Below the pieces are notes generated by a model. That model ran no database searches and had not been told where the DNA came from. It saw nothing but the letters and a program-made list of their open reading frames with translations. Positions 63,508-64,000 of a stretch of 64,000 nt of DNA are shown piece after piece. Numbering within the stretch: position 1 is the first letter of the stretch; each line of letters opens with the position of its first letter. The position numbers and the translations under genes were made by a program. This DNA is from a virus. The DNA lies in the IMG/VR virus record IMGVR_UViG_3300031964_000008; one strand, 5' to 3'.

Positions 63508-64000
63508 ATGCTAAAAGACAAGCTAAGGCCCAAATCGAATTTGGTGGTACCTCAGCACCTGAAGCTCAACCGACGTCTTATGGGTGAGCGCTTCATGCAT
63601 TTCTACACAGAAAAATACAGTGGGAGTCCGTCTTTCTTTCTGACTACTTTGTGGGCGTCAACCTTCTTTCCTTCGATTGTTGCAGACCCACGCCGTGGCT
63701 CCAGTCGATTGTTGGCCGAAAAATTAAGAAAAATAAATCCGAAGACCTATTTATCAATCAACAAAGTAGACGATGCACATATTCCTCATTACGAGGTGTC
63801 ATTGCCGCTGGCATCTTTTAGCAAGGACACGTGGGGTGCGCCATTAGCCTTCTTGAAAGACTGGTTTCTGGGTGAGAAAACGCATGGTCCAGAAGCCAAC
63901 ATGCAGCAGGTTCAAGAGTACAAAGAATTTGCTGAACTTTTGGGTGACGAATCCCTTTCTTTTGTGTCCACAAGAAGTGTCCCGGCAGCTACTGTTATCG
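63508..64000 (+). CDS. hypothetical protein, 3'-truncated by window edge
   Basis: Open from ATG 63508 (MLKDKLRPKS...) to the end; TTGATA-N16-TACAAT upstream. Confidence 0.65.
   Translation, partial: MLKDKLRPKSNLVVPQHLKLNRRLMGERFMHFYTEKYSGSPSFFLTTLWASTFFPSIVADPRRGSSRLLAEKLRKINPKTYLSINKVDDAHIPHYEVSLPLASFSKDTWGAPLAFLKDWFLGEKTHGPEANMQQVQEYKEFAELLGDESLSFVSTRSVPAATVI

Noticed and set aside
1-64000. Stop-codon reassignment (seen in some jumbo phages)
   Set aside because: TAA, TAG and TGA all end intact, full-length conserved genes under code 11; no fragmented core genes.

Overview
A 64-kb segment of a large lytic dsDNA (jumbo-type) phage genome. It is densely coding, and all credible genes are on the + strand; both window ends cut ORFs. 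Recognisable genes include a two-subunit type IIA topoisomerase (B subunit with two mini-inteins, one with class 3 hallmarks), RtcB RNA ligase, NAD-dependent DNA ligase, tRNA-Arg(UCU), an NAD+ salvage pair (NadM-Nudix and NAMPT), two acyl-carrier-protein homologues, a MazG-like NTP pyrophosphatase, homospermidine synthase, a Nudix hydrolase, dCMP deaminase, two HNH proteins, a PC4-like protein, a probable sigma70-like factor and a probable virion-morphogenesis block (about 54-63 kb). About 19-49 kb is an accessory region of small ORFs and paralog families. It carries repeated TTGGCACCA..TATACT early-promoter cassettes and visible recombination scars: a 59-bp duplicated gene end, an ISL3-like transposase stub, an out-of-frame paralog remnant and a (TA)5 frameshift. 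A TAGTAAATA motif marks probable late promoters. The most striking unexplained signal is a short peptide motif, AAxR[LI], found 12 times in 10 otherwise unrelated proteins, mostly at their termini; it is a candidate capsid-targeting or maturation signal. The gene content (homospermidine synthase) recalls Ralstonia phage phiRSL1-like jumbo phages, which is an inference. All family calls come from motif recognition by eye; no database search was run.
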